A DNA stretch of 24,356 nt from Fibrobacteria bacterium (lineage in GTDB: Bacteria; Fibrobacterota; Fibrobacteria; UBA11236; JADFYW01), in assembly GCA_050294405.1 (NCBI GenBank), contig JBNKOC010000020.1, positions 1 through 24,356 on the forward strand, written 5' to 3'. Shown here piece by piece: positions 8,588 to 17,806 of this stretch. The stretch's first letter is position 1. Each line of letters starts with the position of its first letter. Both the position numbers and the translations under genes were made by a program. The notes below the pieces were generated by a model, which saw only the letters and a program-made list of their open reading frames with translations, searched no databases and was not told the DNA's origin.

Positions 8588-9535
8588 ATGAGCAAAAAAA
8601 GGATTTTGGTAACTGGCGGAGCTGGTTTTATTGGCTCCAATTTAGCCGAACGGCTCCTATCTGAGGGACATTTTGTGCGTATACTGGATAATTTCTCCCT
8701 GGGAAAGCGCGAAAATGTGGAAAGCCTTTCAGGAGATCTGGAAGTTTTGGAAGGCAGTATTGAAGAGGAAGCTATTTGTGAAAAAGCGGTGGAAGGCATT
8801 GATTGTATCAGCCATCAGGCAGCCTTCGGTTCGGTGCCCCGCTCTATAGAAAGCCCCGAATACTACTCCCATATCAACCTTCACGGTTTTGTAAACATCG
8901 CCAATTGCGCCCGCAAGGCAGGCATTAAAAGAATGGTGTATGCCTCCAGCTCTTCTGTGTATGGCGATGCCGACTACAGCCCCAAAGTGGAAGAAAAAAT
9001 CGGACAGCCACTATCCCCCTATGCGGCCAGTAAATTGTCTAATGAAATTTTCGCCCACTCATTTGCTAAATGTTATCCAATGTCCTTAGTGGGCCTTCGC
9101 TATTTTAATGTATTCGGTCCCAGGCAAAACCCCCAAGGGGCTTACGCGGCGGTAATACCTCTTTTTATATCCAGTATACTAAACGGAACATCCGCTAAAA
9201 TCTACGGCGATGGAGAGCAGTCCAGGGACTTCACTTACATTGAAAATGTGATTCAGGCCAATATTTCCGCCATGTTTACAAAAGGAATTAACGGTTCCCA
9301 TGTTTTAAACATCGCCTGCGGCAAAAATTTTTCCGTGAACGAACTTTACAAGTCCATTGCCCAAATCATGGGCTCCGATTTAAAACCCGAACATCTGCCC
9401 CCCCGTAAAGGAGATGTTAGAAATTCTCTGGCCAGTACCCAGTTGGCAAAAAAAATAATAGATTATTCACCGCAAATTCAGTTAATGGAAGGATTGGAGA
9501 AAACAATTGACTGGTATAAATCCCAACAGTCTTAA
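8588..9535 (+). CDS. NAD-dependent sugar-nucleotide epimerase (extended SDR, WbpP/TviC-like UDP-GlcNAc 4-epimerase)
   Basis: GGAGFIG, HQAAFGSVPRS, ASSSSVYG, YAASK (YxxxK), LRYFNVFGPRQNP and SRDFTYIENV motifs. Confidence 0.9.
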   Translation: MSKKRILVTGGAGFIGSNLAERLLSEGHFVRILDNFSLGKRENVESLSGDLEVLEGSIEEEAICEKAVEGIDCISHQAAFGSVPRSIESPEYYSHINLHGFVNIANCARKAGIKRMVYASSSSVYGDADYSPKVEEKIGQPLSPYAASKLSNEIFAHSFAKCYPMSLVGLRYFNVFGPRQNPQGAYAAVIPLFISSILNGTSAKIYGDGEQSRDFTYIENVIQANISAMFTKGINGSHVLNIACGKNFSVNELYKSIAQIMGSDLKPEHLPPRKGDVRNSLASTQLAKKIIDYSPQIQLMEGLEKTIDWYKSQQS

Positions 9536-9541
9536 TTAAAG

Positions 9542-10564
9542 ATGAATAAGCTTATACCTATTTTTGCCCTTTGTTTTTTTATCTCATATACCACGGCCCA
9601 GCTGGACTACATTCCCCTCGGAGATTCCAGCGGCTCGCAAAACAGCGCCGGAAATAATTCTGCAAGCAACACGCCCGCAAATGGCCAAGATCAAAACAAC
9701 TCTCTAACCAACCCTTCGCAAACCACTCCCCCCGCTCCTTCCCAATTGGAACTGGCGGAAATTGATTTATCTTCCTGGTTCACTGTGGAAGAAGTCCATG
9801 TTGGCGATACCCTCAGCTATGTTATTAAAGCCGAGTGGGTGAATCCAAAAATCCCCATTTCCGTGTTGGCCCCCGAGTCCCTTAGTTTTGAAGGCTTAAG
9901 CAAAGTAAGAGTAAGCAGCTCCAGCAAAAAATTGGCGCAGAATTCTTCCAGCGGGCCACAGATAAAAAACCAGAGCTTTTTTATATACCACTTAAAAGCT
10001 GCCTTACCAGGAAGCGGCAAAGCCCTTTCTGCACGATTGCCTTATTTTAATGCCGTTTCCAAAGACAAAGAATACCTGGCCATTGCCCCCCAAATTGTAA
10101 ATGTGCTTCCCGCCAAAAAACCTTTATTTAGCCGGGGTTGGTGTAAAATCCTTTTCGGTCTTTTGTTGCTGGGGGGAGCTGGCTTTTTGGGATACCAGTT
10201 GTGGCAAATGAGCCAATCCAAAAAAAAGGAAAAAACAGCTCCTGCTGCCAGCCAAAAAGAAAAGTTAAAAGAATTAAAATCCCGCCTTTCCGTGGGCGAT
10301 TCCAAATCATTGCTCTTGCAAATGGAAGAAATCGCCATGGACTATTTTAAAGAAGAAAATAAATTATACGGCAACCGCTTTGAGGATTTGCTTATCGCCT
10401 ATTTAAAAAGAAGCGGCAATGAAAACGCCGAGAGCTGGAATAAATTAAAATCTCAATTTGAACTGGCCCGCTTTGGAGGAGGTCAATTAGCCTCCCACGA
10501 GCTTATGGACAGTTATAAAACTCTTTGCCTATGTATCCATCACCAAGAGGACGAACATGACTAA
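9542..10564 (+). CDS. Membrane-anchored BatD-like accessory protein
   Basis: Signal peptide, S/N/Q/P-rich linker, Ig-like region (EVHVGDTLSYVIKAEW...YHLKAALPGSG), one TM helix followed by a Lys-rich stretch, then a helical C-domain. Stop overlaps the moxR start. Confidence 0.6.
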   Translation: MNKLIPIFALCFFISYTTAQLDYIPLGDSSGSQNSAGNNSASNTPANGQDQNNSLTNPSQTTPPAPSQLELAEIDLSSWFTVEEVHVGDTLSYVIKAEWVNPKIPISVLAPESLSFEGLSKVRVSSSSKKLAQNSSSGPQIKNQSFFIYHLKAALPGSGKALSARLPYFNAVSKDKEYLAIAPQIVNVLPAKKPLFSRGWCKILFGLLLLGGAGFLGYQLWQMSQSKKKEKTAPAASQKEKLKELKSRLSVGDSKSLLLQMEEIAMDYFKEENKLYGNRFEDLLIAYLKRSGNENAESWNKLKSQFELARFGGGQLASHELMDSYKTLCLCIHHQEDEHD

Positions 10565-11549
10565 TGTGAACATCCAGGAAATCACGGATAAAGTAAAAAG
10601 CCAGGCCAGCCTGGTTCAGAATATGTTAACGGAAATGTCCGGCACTATAATCGGCCAAAAAAATATGCTGGAAAAATTGCTTATTGGATTGTTGTCCGAT
10701 GGACATATTCTTTTGGAAGGTGTGCCAGGTCTGGCTAAAACCACAGCTGTAAAAGCCCTGGCCAAGGTCATTAACACCATGTTTACCCGTATTCAGTTTA
10801 CTCCGGACTTGCTTCCGGCGGACTTAATAGGAACCCTGGTGTTTAACCCCAAAAGCGGGGAGTTCACTGTTAAAAAAGGCCCACTTTTCGCCAACCTGAT
10901 TTTAGCCGATGAAATAAACAGGGCTCCCTCAAAAGTGCAGTCTGCGCTTTTGGAAGCCATGCAGGAAAAGCAAGTTACCATTGGAAACGAAACTTTTAAA
11001 CTGCCCGAATTGTTTTTGGTGCTGGCTTCCCAAAACCCCGTGGAACAAGAGGGCACCTATCCCCTTCCCGAAGCCCAGGTGGATAGGTTTATGTTAAAGG
11101 TCATCTTGACCTACCCCAGTAAGGAAGAAGAAAAGCTGATTGTGGACTCGGTAACAGGCAAAGGTATTAGCTTTCCCGAGGCCAAAATCACCGAAGAAGA
11201 TATTTTAAATGCCCGGAAAATTGTGCGGGAAATATACATCGACGATAAAATCAAAGAATACATTGTAAACATTGTAAATGCCACCCGGGACCCTTTGGGA
11301 GCGGGAGTTAAAGATGTGGCCGAGCTTATTGAATACGGGGCTTCTCCCCGCGCCAGCATTTGTCTGGCCCAGGCGGCCAAAGCCAACGCCTTTTTAAAGG
11401 GCAGAGGCTATGTTACCCCTGAAGACATTAAAGCCATCGGCATGGATGTATTGCGCCACCGGGTGATTTTAAGCTATGAGGCTGAGGCCGAGGAAATTAA
11501 ATCGGAAAATGTAGTACAGCGCATTTTTGACGGCGTGGAAGTTCCATAA
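10557..11549 (+). CDS. moxR: MoxR-family AAA+ ATPase
   Basis: LLEGVPGLAKT (Walker A), RIQFTPDLLPAD, ILADEINRA (Walker B), QNPVEQEGTYPLPEAQVDRF, YGASPRA. Confidence 0.97.
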   Translation: MTNVNIQEITDKVKSQASLVQNMLTEMSGTIIGQKNMLEKLLIGLLSDGHILLEGVPGLAKTTAVKALAKVINTMFTRIQFTPDLLPADLIGTLVFNPKSGEFTVKKGPLFANLILADEINRAPSKVQSALLEAMQEKQVTIGNETFKLPELFLVLASQNPVEQEGTYPLPEAQVDRFMLKVILTYPSKEEEKLIVDSVTGKGISFPEAKITEEDILNARKIVREIYIDDKIKEYIVNIVNATRDPLGAGVKDVAELIEYGASPRASICLAQAAKANAFLKGRGYVTPEDIKAIGMDVLRHRVILSYEAEAEEIKSENVVQRIFDGVEVP

Positions 11550-11554
11550 ATACG

Positions 11555-11582
11555 AATGAGTATTGTGAGGACGAACAGTAAC
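11555..11582. repeat. Truncated right-hand fragment of the 123-bp palindromic unit
   Basis: AATGAGTATTGTGAGGACGAACAGTAAC is identical to the matching part of the unit at 11842-11964. Confidence 0.8.
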
Positions 11583-11595
11583 ATTAAAAGAGAGG

Positions 11596-11839
11596 AAAAA
11601 ATTTAGGATCTTTGCCTTTAGGCGAGGCATGCGAAGATGAACCGAGGATACTTAAAAAGGGGTCCCGCCGAGCTTGAAGGAGCCTGCGACGTCCAGAAAC
11701 CGGAGTTTATGTTTAATAAATGAGGAACCGAGAAGTCTTAGTGCGGATGCTTATCGAGCTTAAAGGAAACAAATGGAATTTGTGACGACTATTTCGAAGA
11801 TGAGCATAACGATGCATAAGGACAAGAGGAAAATTTTTT
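11596..11839. repeat. Long member of the palindromic repeat family
   Basis: 11622-11726 matches 2008-2112 at 92/105 positions by manual alignment. Imperfect inverted termini AAAAAATTT..TCTTTGCCTTTAGGC / GCATAAGGACAAGAGGAAAATTTTTT. Confidence 0.7.
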
Positions 11840-11841
11840 AA

Positions 11842-12087
11842 TAAAATGCGTCATCTCGGCTTTAACCAAGGCGCGAGAGGACAAACAAACGGAGTTTATG
11901 ATTAATAAATGAGTATTGTGAGGACGAACAGTAACGCAGGATCAAGCCGAGAGGGCAATATGATTAAAATGCGTCATCTCGGCTTCAACCGAGGCGCGAG
12001 AGGACAAACAAACGGAGTTTATGATTAATAAATGAGTATTGTGAGGACGAACAGCAACGATGGATCAAGTCGAGAGGGCGCATTTTA
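11842..12087. repeat. Two tandem 123-bp palindromic units (11842-11964 and 11965-12087)
   Basis: Six mismatches over the first 115 bp. Unit ends TAAAATGCGTCATCTCGGCTT...AAGTCGAGAGGGCGCATTTTA are imperfect inverted repeats. Central CGGAGTTTAT-n5-ATAAATGAG is shared with the longer elements. Confidence 0.9.
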
Positions 12088-12088
12088 G

Positions 12089-12979
12089 ATGATACCTAAA
12101 GAAGTATTAGCTAAAGTCCGGCAAATTGAAATCCGCACCCGCAGCACGGTCAACTCCGTGGTTGCCGGCGCATACTCCTCGGCCTTCAAAGGAAAAGGCA
12201 TGGAGTTCGCCGAAGTGCGTGAATACATGCCAGGTGACGATGTGCGTTCCATCGATTGGAACGTAACGGCTAAAATGGGTACGCCTCATACTAAAAAATT
12301 TATGGAAGAGCGGGAAATGACCGTGATGTTAGTGGTGGATGCCAGTTCTTCCGGCGATTTCGGCAGCCAAAAGGAAATGAAAGGCGAAATCATGGCCATG
12401 ATTAGCGCTTTACTCGCCTTTTCGGCCATTAAAAACAATGATAAGGTGGGCCTTTTAATTTTCACCTCCAAAATTGAAAAATTTATTCCTCCTAAAAAGG
12501 GTAAGAAACATGTGCTACGGGTGATTCGCGAGCTTTTGTATTTCAAACCCGAAGAAAGGGGCACCAACCTTTCCCTGGCGCTGGAATATCTGAATAAAAT
12601 TTTAAGCCGCCGGGCCATTGTATTTATTATTTCCGATTTTGAAACGGGTTCTTTTGAAACTCCCATCAAGCTGCTCATCCAAAAGCACGACACCGCCGCC
12701 ATCACCGTCAGCGACAGGCGTGAAAAAGAGCTTCCCGACGTGGGTTTTATTGAACTGGAAGATGCGGAAACCGGCGAAATAATTTTAGTGGACACAGGCA
12801 GCCGCAGTTTTAGAGAAACCTTCGCCAAGGAAGCCAAAAAACAATCCAGCGAACTATCCCGCCTGTTTCGAAAATTAAAAGTGGACTACGTGGATATTAC
12901 TGTAAAAGAAAATTTTGACGAAACCATCGGCCCCCTGGTGAACTTTTTTAGAATGAGGGCCGCCAAACATCGAAATTAA
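12089..12979 (+). CDS. DUF58 domain-containing protein (MoxR-associated, VWA-like)
   Basis: FKGKGMEFAEVREYMPGDDVRSIDWNVTA, EEREMTVMLVVDASSSG and FIISDF motifs. Confidence 0.93.
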   Translation: MIPKEVLAKVRQIEIRTRSTVNSVVAGAYSSAFKGKGMEFAEVREYMPGDDVRSIDWNVTAKMGTPHTKKFMEEREMTVMLVVDASSSGDFGSQKEMKGEIMAMISALLAFSAIKNNDKVGLLIFTSKIEKFIPPKKGKKHVLRVIRELLYFKPEERGTNLSLALEYLNKILSRRAIVFIISDFETGSFETPIKLLIQKHDTAAITVSDRREKELPDVGFIELEDAETGEIILVDTGSRSFRETFAKEAKKQSSELSRLFRKLKVDYVDITVKENFDETIGPLVNFFRMRAAKHRN

Positions 12980-12981
12980 AT

Positions 12982-13935
12982 ATGTTAGTATTTAAAAAAA
13001 TTAATTATACCGGTTTAGGTCAGGGCAATTCAAATGTTGCTTCCAGCTTTGCAAAACTTCTTGCCCTGGTTTTTATCTTGTCTTTAGCTGGCTGCAACTC
13101 CGAATCTAAAAACGGGCGCAGCAGCGAGTTTTACCGAAAGTCCGCCACAGCCCTATTCCAGCGGGAGCTTTACCGCGAGGCCTTAAATGTTTATGAAGAG
13201 TACTTAAACTCCAACTCTATCCCAGAGGAAGATATCCCCAAGGTCCTGTACCAGATGGGAAATATATATCTGGAAAATTTAAAAAACCCCACGGCCGCTT
13301 TGGCCAGGTACACCCAATTGCAGGCCCTGTACCCCGAAGAAAACTTCAACAACCAATTGGGCAAAAAAATTGTGGCCTGCCTGGAAAAAAGCGGTCGCAA
13401 TGTGGATGCCAAACAAGCCTTAAAAAGCATCACCGATATCGAGGGTAAAGGACAGATGTCAGCCTCCGGCAACATTGTGGCAGAAATTGAAGACCGCAAA
13501 ATCAGCCTCAATGAAATCGAGCAGGTTTTGGGCAAGCTACCCGAAGGAGCCCTGGAGCAAAACCAGCTCATATCCCAATATGTATCGCAAATATTAATTG
13601 CCGAAGCGGCCATTCGCAAAGGCCTGGATCAAAAAGCAGAAGTGCAGAAAAAAATTGATTTTATGCGCAATCAAATTTTATCCCAGGAAAGTCTAAAAGA
13701 AGAACTAAACTTAACCCCGCCTTCCCAAAATGATTTGAAATATTATTTCGAAGCTAACAAAGCCAAATTTTTAACGGGTGAAGATAGCGCTGCAACTTTT
13801 GAAAAACTGCTGCCAAAAATTGGGCAGGCCTGGCAAATGGAAAAACAAAACGAAAAATACCAGGAGTATGTGCAAAAACTTCTGCAATCCGATAGAGTTA
13901 AAATTTACGGGGTAAGCGGTAAACCCGGCAACTAA
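12982..13935 (+). CDS. Putative lipoprotein: TPR domain fused to a SurA/PrsA-type chaperone domain lacking the parvulin domain
   Basis: Lipobox LAGC at residue 38, TPR-like helices (LYQMGNIY...ALARY), then IVAEIEDRKIS...LIAEAAIRKGLD...LKYYFEANKAKF and ...YVQKLLQSDRVKI. Confidence 0.65.
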   Translation: MLVFKKINYTGLGQGNSNVASSFAKLLALVFILSLAGCNSESKNGRSSEFYRKSATALFQRELYREALNVYEEYLNSNSIPEEDIPKVLYQMGNIYLENLKNPTAALARYTQLQALYPEENFNNQLGKKIVACLEKSGRNVDAKQALKSITDIEGKGQMSASGNIVAEIEDRKISLNEIEQVLGKLPEGALEQNQLISQYVSQILIAEAAIRKGLDQKAEVQKKIDFMRNQILSQESLKEELNLTPPSQNDLKYYFEANKAKFLTGEDSAATFEKLLPKIGQAWQMEKQNEKYQEYVQKLLQSDRVKIYGVSGKPGN

Positions 13936-13936
13936 C

Positions 13937-14872
13937 ATGAACAGGTTTTTTCTCCATAAGTTATTCTGGCTTTTGTGCCTTTTGTTAAGCCCCCTGCTAT
14001 TCGCTGAGGGCGACTCTACGGTGGTCGTGGAATCCCAGGTGGACAAGTCCGAAATGACCATCGGCGATAAACTCAATTATCAAATCAAAGTGAGTTACCC
14101 CGAAGGGGGCCACGTGGAATTGCCTTCAGTGCTGGGTAACCTGGGTGCCTTTGAAGTAAAAGACTACAATGTAAGCGAGCCTAAAAAAGAAAATGGCAAA
14201 ATATCACAAAGTTGGAACTTTATACTCTCCACCTTTACCGTTGGCCAATACACCCTGCCTCCCCAGGTTGTGGAGTTTTATCCCGAAAACGACACCGCCA
14301 AATGGACCACCTACTCCGAACCCATTAACATTGTGGTGGAGCGCACCACCGCAGAAACCGTAAAAGAAATTGCCGATATTACCGATATCGTCTCTATGCC
14401 CGCCCCTTCCCGAATTTGGCTATACATCAGCCTGGCCCTGGTCGTACTAATCGCCCTATTGCTTTTAATTTGGATTTTAGATAAAAAGAAAAAACAGGCT
14501 GCAAAACCCCCTCGCTTAAGTCCCAACGAAGAAGCCAGCAAGGCCCTATCCCAATTGGCCAGCCTGGAACTATTAGCCGGGGGAAACCACAAGGAATATT
14601 GTTTTAAACTTTCTGAAATCATCCGGCGTTTTCTCAGCCGGCGTTTTGAAGTGGATGCCCTGGAATCCACCACCGAAGAGTTTTTGGAGCTTTTGCCTAA
14701 ACTTCCCATAACATCAGCCCACAAAGATATGTTAAAGGAATTTTGTGAAATTACAGACCCTGTTAAATTTGCCCACCAAAGCCTGGAGCAAAATACAGGA
14801 GATAAATTATTGGACAACATCCGGGATGTGGTGGAACAAAACAAACCCTCGCCGGAGGAGGCTAAAAAATGA
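13937..14872 (+). CDS. BatD-like / DUF4381-type membrane-anchored accessory protein
   Basis: Signal peptide, VDKSEMTIGDKLNYQIKV Ig-like domain, TM helix followed by KKKK, and C-domain LSEIIRRFL...ALESTTEE...DPVKFA typical of the gene preceding batA. Confidence 0.75.
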   Translation: MNRFFLHKLFWLLCLLLSPLLFAEGDSTVVVESQVDKSEMTIGDKLNYQIKVSYPEGGHVELPSVLGNLGAFEVKDYNVSEPKKENGKISQSWNFILSTFTVGQYTLPPQVVEFYPENDTAKWTTYSEPINIVVERTTAETVKEIADITDIVSMPAPSRIWLYISLALVVLIALLLLIWILDKKKKQAAKPPRLSPNEEASKALSQLASLELLAGGNHKEYCFKLSEIIRRFLSRRFEVDALESTTEEFLELLPKLPITSAHKDMLKEFCEITDPVKFAHQSLEQNTGDKLLDNIRDVVEQNKPSPEEAKK

Positions 14873-15864
14873 TCCCTCATTTTCACAGCCCCTATTACCT
14901 GCTATTGTTTTTGTTAATCCCTGTTTTTATTTATTTAAAAATAAGGGCCTCCCGCCACCGCAAAGCCAGCATTCGCTTTCCTTCCTTAAAGGTGGTTAAA
15001 AAAATTCCCGCCACCAACGCCCAGCGCATGCGCCATATGTTATTTGTGCTGCGTATTTGCGCCTTGTCCTTATTTATCGTAGCCCTGGCCCGCCCCCAAA
15101 GGGGAGAATCCCGGGAAGAAACCTCCACCCACGGTGTGGATATTGTGCTGGCTTTGGATATATCCTCCTCCATGAAAACCATGGACTTCAAACCTAAAAA
15201 CCGCCTCCATGTTGCTAAAACCGTGGTGGAAAATTTTGTGCTGGGCCGCAACTCCGATAGAGTGGGCCTGGTGGTTTTTGCCGGCAAAAGTTTTACCCAA
15301 TGCCCCCTTACCTTGGATTACGGCATCCTGGTGCAGTTTTTAAAACGGGTGGACTTTGATATGGTGGAAGATGGCACCGCTATCGGAACCGCTCTTTTAA
15401 ACAGCGCCAACCGCCTTAGGGATTCCAACGCCAAATCCAAGGTGGTGATATTGCTCACCGACGGAGAAAACACCGCAGGGGAAGTGGACCCGGTCACCGC
15501 GGCCAAAGCCGTAGCCGCCCTGGGCATAAAGGTATATTCCATTGGCGTGGGCAAAGAAGGCGAGCAGCCCATGGAAGTGGAAGATCCCTTTTTTGGAAAA
15601 CGCATTGTGAATGTTCCCACCAAAATTGATGAAAAAACCTTAAAGAAAATCGCCGAAACCACCAATGGCCAATATTTCCGGGCCCAAAACCCCAAGGCCC
15701 TGGAAGAAATTTACGCCACCATCGATGAGATGGAAAAAACAGAAATTGAAACCACCTCTTATACCCGCTACCACGAATTGTTCAGCAAATTGTTGCTACT
15801 GGCTTTGGCCCTTTTATTTATTGAAATCTTTCTATCTAACACGAGGTTTATGAAAATTCCATGA
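14869..15864 (+). CDS. batA: BatA: VWA-domain membrane protein
   Basis: N-terminal F.SPYYLLL...ALARPQ, MIDAS DISSS / GTAIG / LLTDGE, C-terminal TM. Confidence 0.9.
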   Translation: MIPHFHSPYYLLLFLLIPVFIYLKIRASRHRKASIRFPSLKVVKKIPATNAQRMRHMLFVLRICALSLFIVALARPQRGESREETSTHGVDIVLALDISSSMKTMDFKPKNRLHVAKTVVENFVLGRNSDRVGLVVFAGKSFTQCPLTLDYGILVQFLKRVDFDMVEDGTAIGTALLNSANRLRDSNAKSKVVILLTDGENTAGEVDPVTAAKAVAALGIKVYSIGVGKEGEQPMEVEDPFFGKRIVNVPTKIDEKTLKKIAETTNGQYFRAQNPKALEEIYATIDEMEKTEIETTSYTRYHELFSKLLLLALALLFIEIFLSNTRFMKIP

Positions 15865-16886
15865 AATTTGGCGATCCCATATACTTCTGGTTTTTAATCC
15901 TGTTGCCGGTGCTTTTTGGCTTTTATCTCTTTGCCCATTTTAAAAAGAAGCGGGCCCTTAAAAGATTCGCCTACATCGAAATGATTAAAAAGCTAACAGA
16001 CCGAATTTCTTACGGCAAACAATGGCTAAAAGCCATACTTCTGCTGTCCGTATTTTTCTGGGGAATATTATCTCTAACCCGCCCCTTGTACGGCACCAAA
16101 ATGGAGCTTATGAAAAGACGGGGCCTGGATGTGGTCATTGCCGTGGATGTATCTCTTTCCATGTATGCCGAAGACATCAAGCCCAACCGCCTGGCCAAAG
16201 CCAAAAAAGAAATTTCCGAATTTATTGATAACCTAAGCGGAGACAGAGTGGGCCTGGTGGCCTTTTCCGGCGAAGCCTTTTTGCAATGCCCCTTAACCTT
16301 GGACTATTCCGCCGCCAAAATTTTTCTGGATGTATTGGGGCCCGATTTAATCGAAACTCCGGGAACAGCCATTGGACCGGCCATAGAAACAGCCCTTTCC
16401 GCCTTTGATCCCAAAGAGAGAAAATACCGGGTGGTGGTGCTCTTAACAGACGGTGAAGACCACACGGGAACGGCCGAAAAATGGGCGGAAGAGGCCTCCA
16501 AGCAAGGCGTGATTTTGTATACCGTGGGAATTGGCGCTTTAAGCGGCGTGCCCATTCCCCTTAAAGATAAATACGGCAACGTGAGCTATAAAAAAGACAG
16601 GGATGGCAACATCGTCTCCACCAAATTAGACGACCTCACCCTGCAAAAAATGGCCCTTACCACCAATGGAAAGTACTTCCATGCCGCTCCCGGAAAATTC
16701 GAGCTCACCCGGGTTATTGAAGAAATAAACAACATGGAAAAACGAGAATTGGAAGCCGAACGCTTTATCCAATACGAAGAGCGCTTCCAAATACCTTTAG
16801 GAATAGCCCTTATATTGTTAATCGTGGAAATGTTTATCTCCGATAGGAGAAGAAGCAAAAAAATCTGGAAGGGGAGGTTTAGCTGA
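15861..16886 (+). CDS. batB: BatB: VWA-domain membrane protein
   Basis: DVSLSMYAEDIKPNRL, QCPLTLDY, LLTDGEDH, GVPIP...VSTKLD motifs. 4-bp overlap with batA. Confidence 0.88.
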   Translation: MKFGDPIYFWFLILLPVLFGFYLFAHFKKKRALKRFAYIEMIKKLTDRISYGKQWLKAILLLSVFFWGILSLTRPLYGTKMELMKRRGLDVVIAVDVSLSMYAEDIKPNRLAKAKKEISEFIDNLSGDRVGLVAFSGEAFLQCPLTLDYSAAKIFLDVLGPDLIETPGTAIGPAIETALSAFDPKERKYRVVVLLTDGEDHTGTAEKWAEEASKQGVILYTVGIGALSGVPIPLKDKYGNVSYKKDRDGNIVSTKLDDLTLQKMALTTNGKYFHAAPGKFELTRVIEEINNMEKRELEAERFIQYEERFQIPLGIALILLIVEMFISDRRRSKKIWKGRFS

Positions 16887-17806
16887 TGAAACTTCTTTTT
16901 TCACTCCTGTTAGCTTTTGTATTATGCCAGATTTCTTTTGGCAAGACTGTCCCTGCCAAACCCATTTCCGACAGCAGCAATATTTCCCTTGGCGATGCCA
17001 GCGATTTAAATCTGGAAGATGACCTTCTGGACGAGGTGGAAAAAGAATCCCAGGCGAATCAGCCCTCTTTTTTCTCCCGCTTTATTAAAAAGCTGGGCCT
17101 TGGTGGCTCCAATTTTGCCCAGGGCGAAAAAGCTTATAAGGAAGAAGACTACGACTTAGCCCTGCAAAAATTTATGGAAGAAAAACTGGATAATCCCGAA
17201 TCCCAGGAACTCAACCTTAACATCGGCAACGTCCAATACAAAAAGAAAAAATACGACGAGGCCTTAAAATCCTATGAACAAGCCCTGGTGGGCGACAACT
17301 CCCAAATTGCCGCTAAGGCCTATTACAACATGGGCAACGCCCATTTTCGCAAAGGCGAATTCGCCATCCAATCGGGTAACCAACAGGGCATCCAGGACTA
17401 CCGCAATGCCATGGCCCACTATAAAAAATCACTGGAAATAAACCCCGATAACATGGAAGCCAAACAAAACATTGAGGTGGTTCAGGCCCGCATTAAAGAA
17501 CTGTTGGAGCAGCAAAAAAACGACAACCAGCAACAACAACAAAACCAAAATCAGCAAAAGCAGCCCGAACCTAGCGACAGGGCCAAGGAAGTGTTGGCGC
17601 GGGCCTTGCAACTTGTCAAAGAACGCAAATACGAAGAAGCCAAAAACCTTTTGGAAGGTATTATACAGGAGGACGAAACCGCTATCAGCTTTCAATCCTA
17701 TGTACAGCGCATCCAGGATACCATGGATATTATGGCCGGAAGGCCTGTATCGCCCCCTGTGCCTCAGGACCCACGTTCCAATCAGCAAGGTTTGGGGGTT
17801 ATCTGA
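16886..17806 (+). CDS. batC: BatC-like TPR protein
   Basis: Signal peptide, TPRs (LNIGNVQY, YYNMGNAHF, YKKSLEINPDNMEAKQN) and a Q-rich linker. Lies directly after batB. Confidence 0.7.
   Translation: MKLLFSLLLAFVLCQISFGKTVPAKPISDSSNISLGDASDLNLEDDLLDEVEKESQANQPSFFSRFIKKLGLGGSNFAQGEKAYKEEDYDLALQKFMEEKLDNPESQELNLNIGNVQYKKKKYDEALKSYEQALVGDNSQIAAKAYYNMGNAHFRKGEFAIQSGNQQGIQDYRNAMAHYKKSLEINPDNMEAKQNIEVVQARIKELLEQQKNDNQQQQQNQNQQKQPEPSDRAKEVLARALQLVKERKYEEAKNLLEGIIQEDETAISFQSYVQRIQDTMDIMAGRPVSPPVPQDPRSNQQGLGVI

Noticed and set aside
11555..12087. CRISPR array interpretation of the repeated AATGAGTATTGTGAGGACGAACAG motif
   Set aside because: The sequence between motif copies is itself repeated (123-bp units), spacing is irregular, there are no unique spacers and no cas genes are present.
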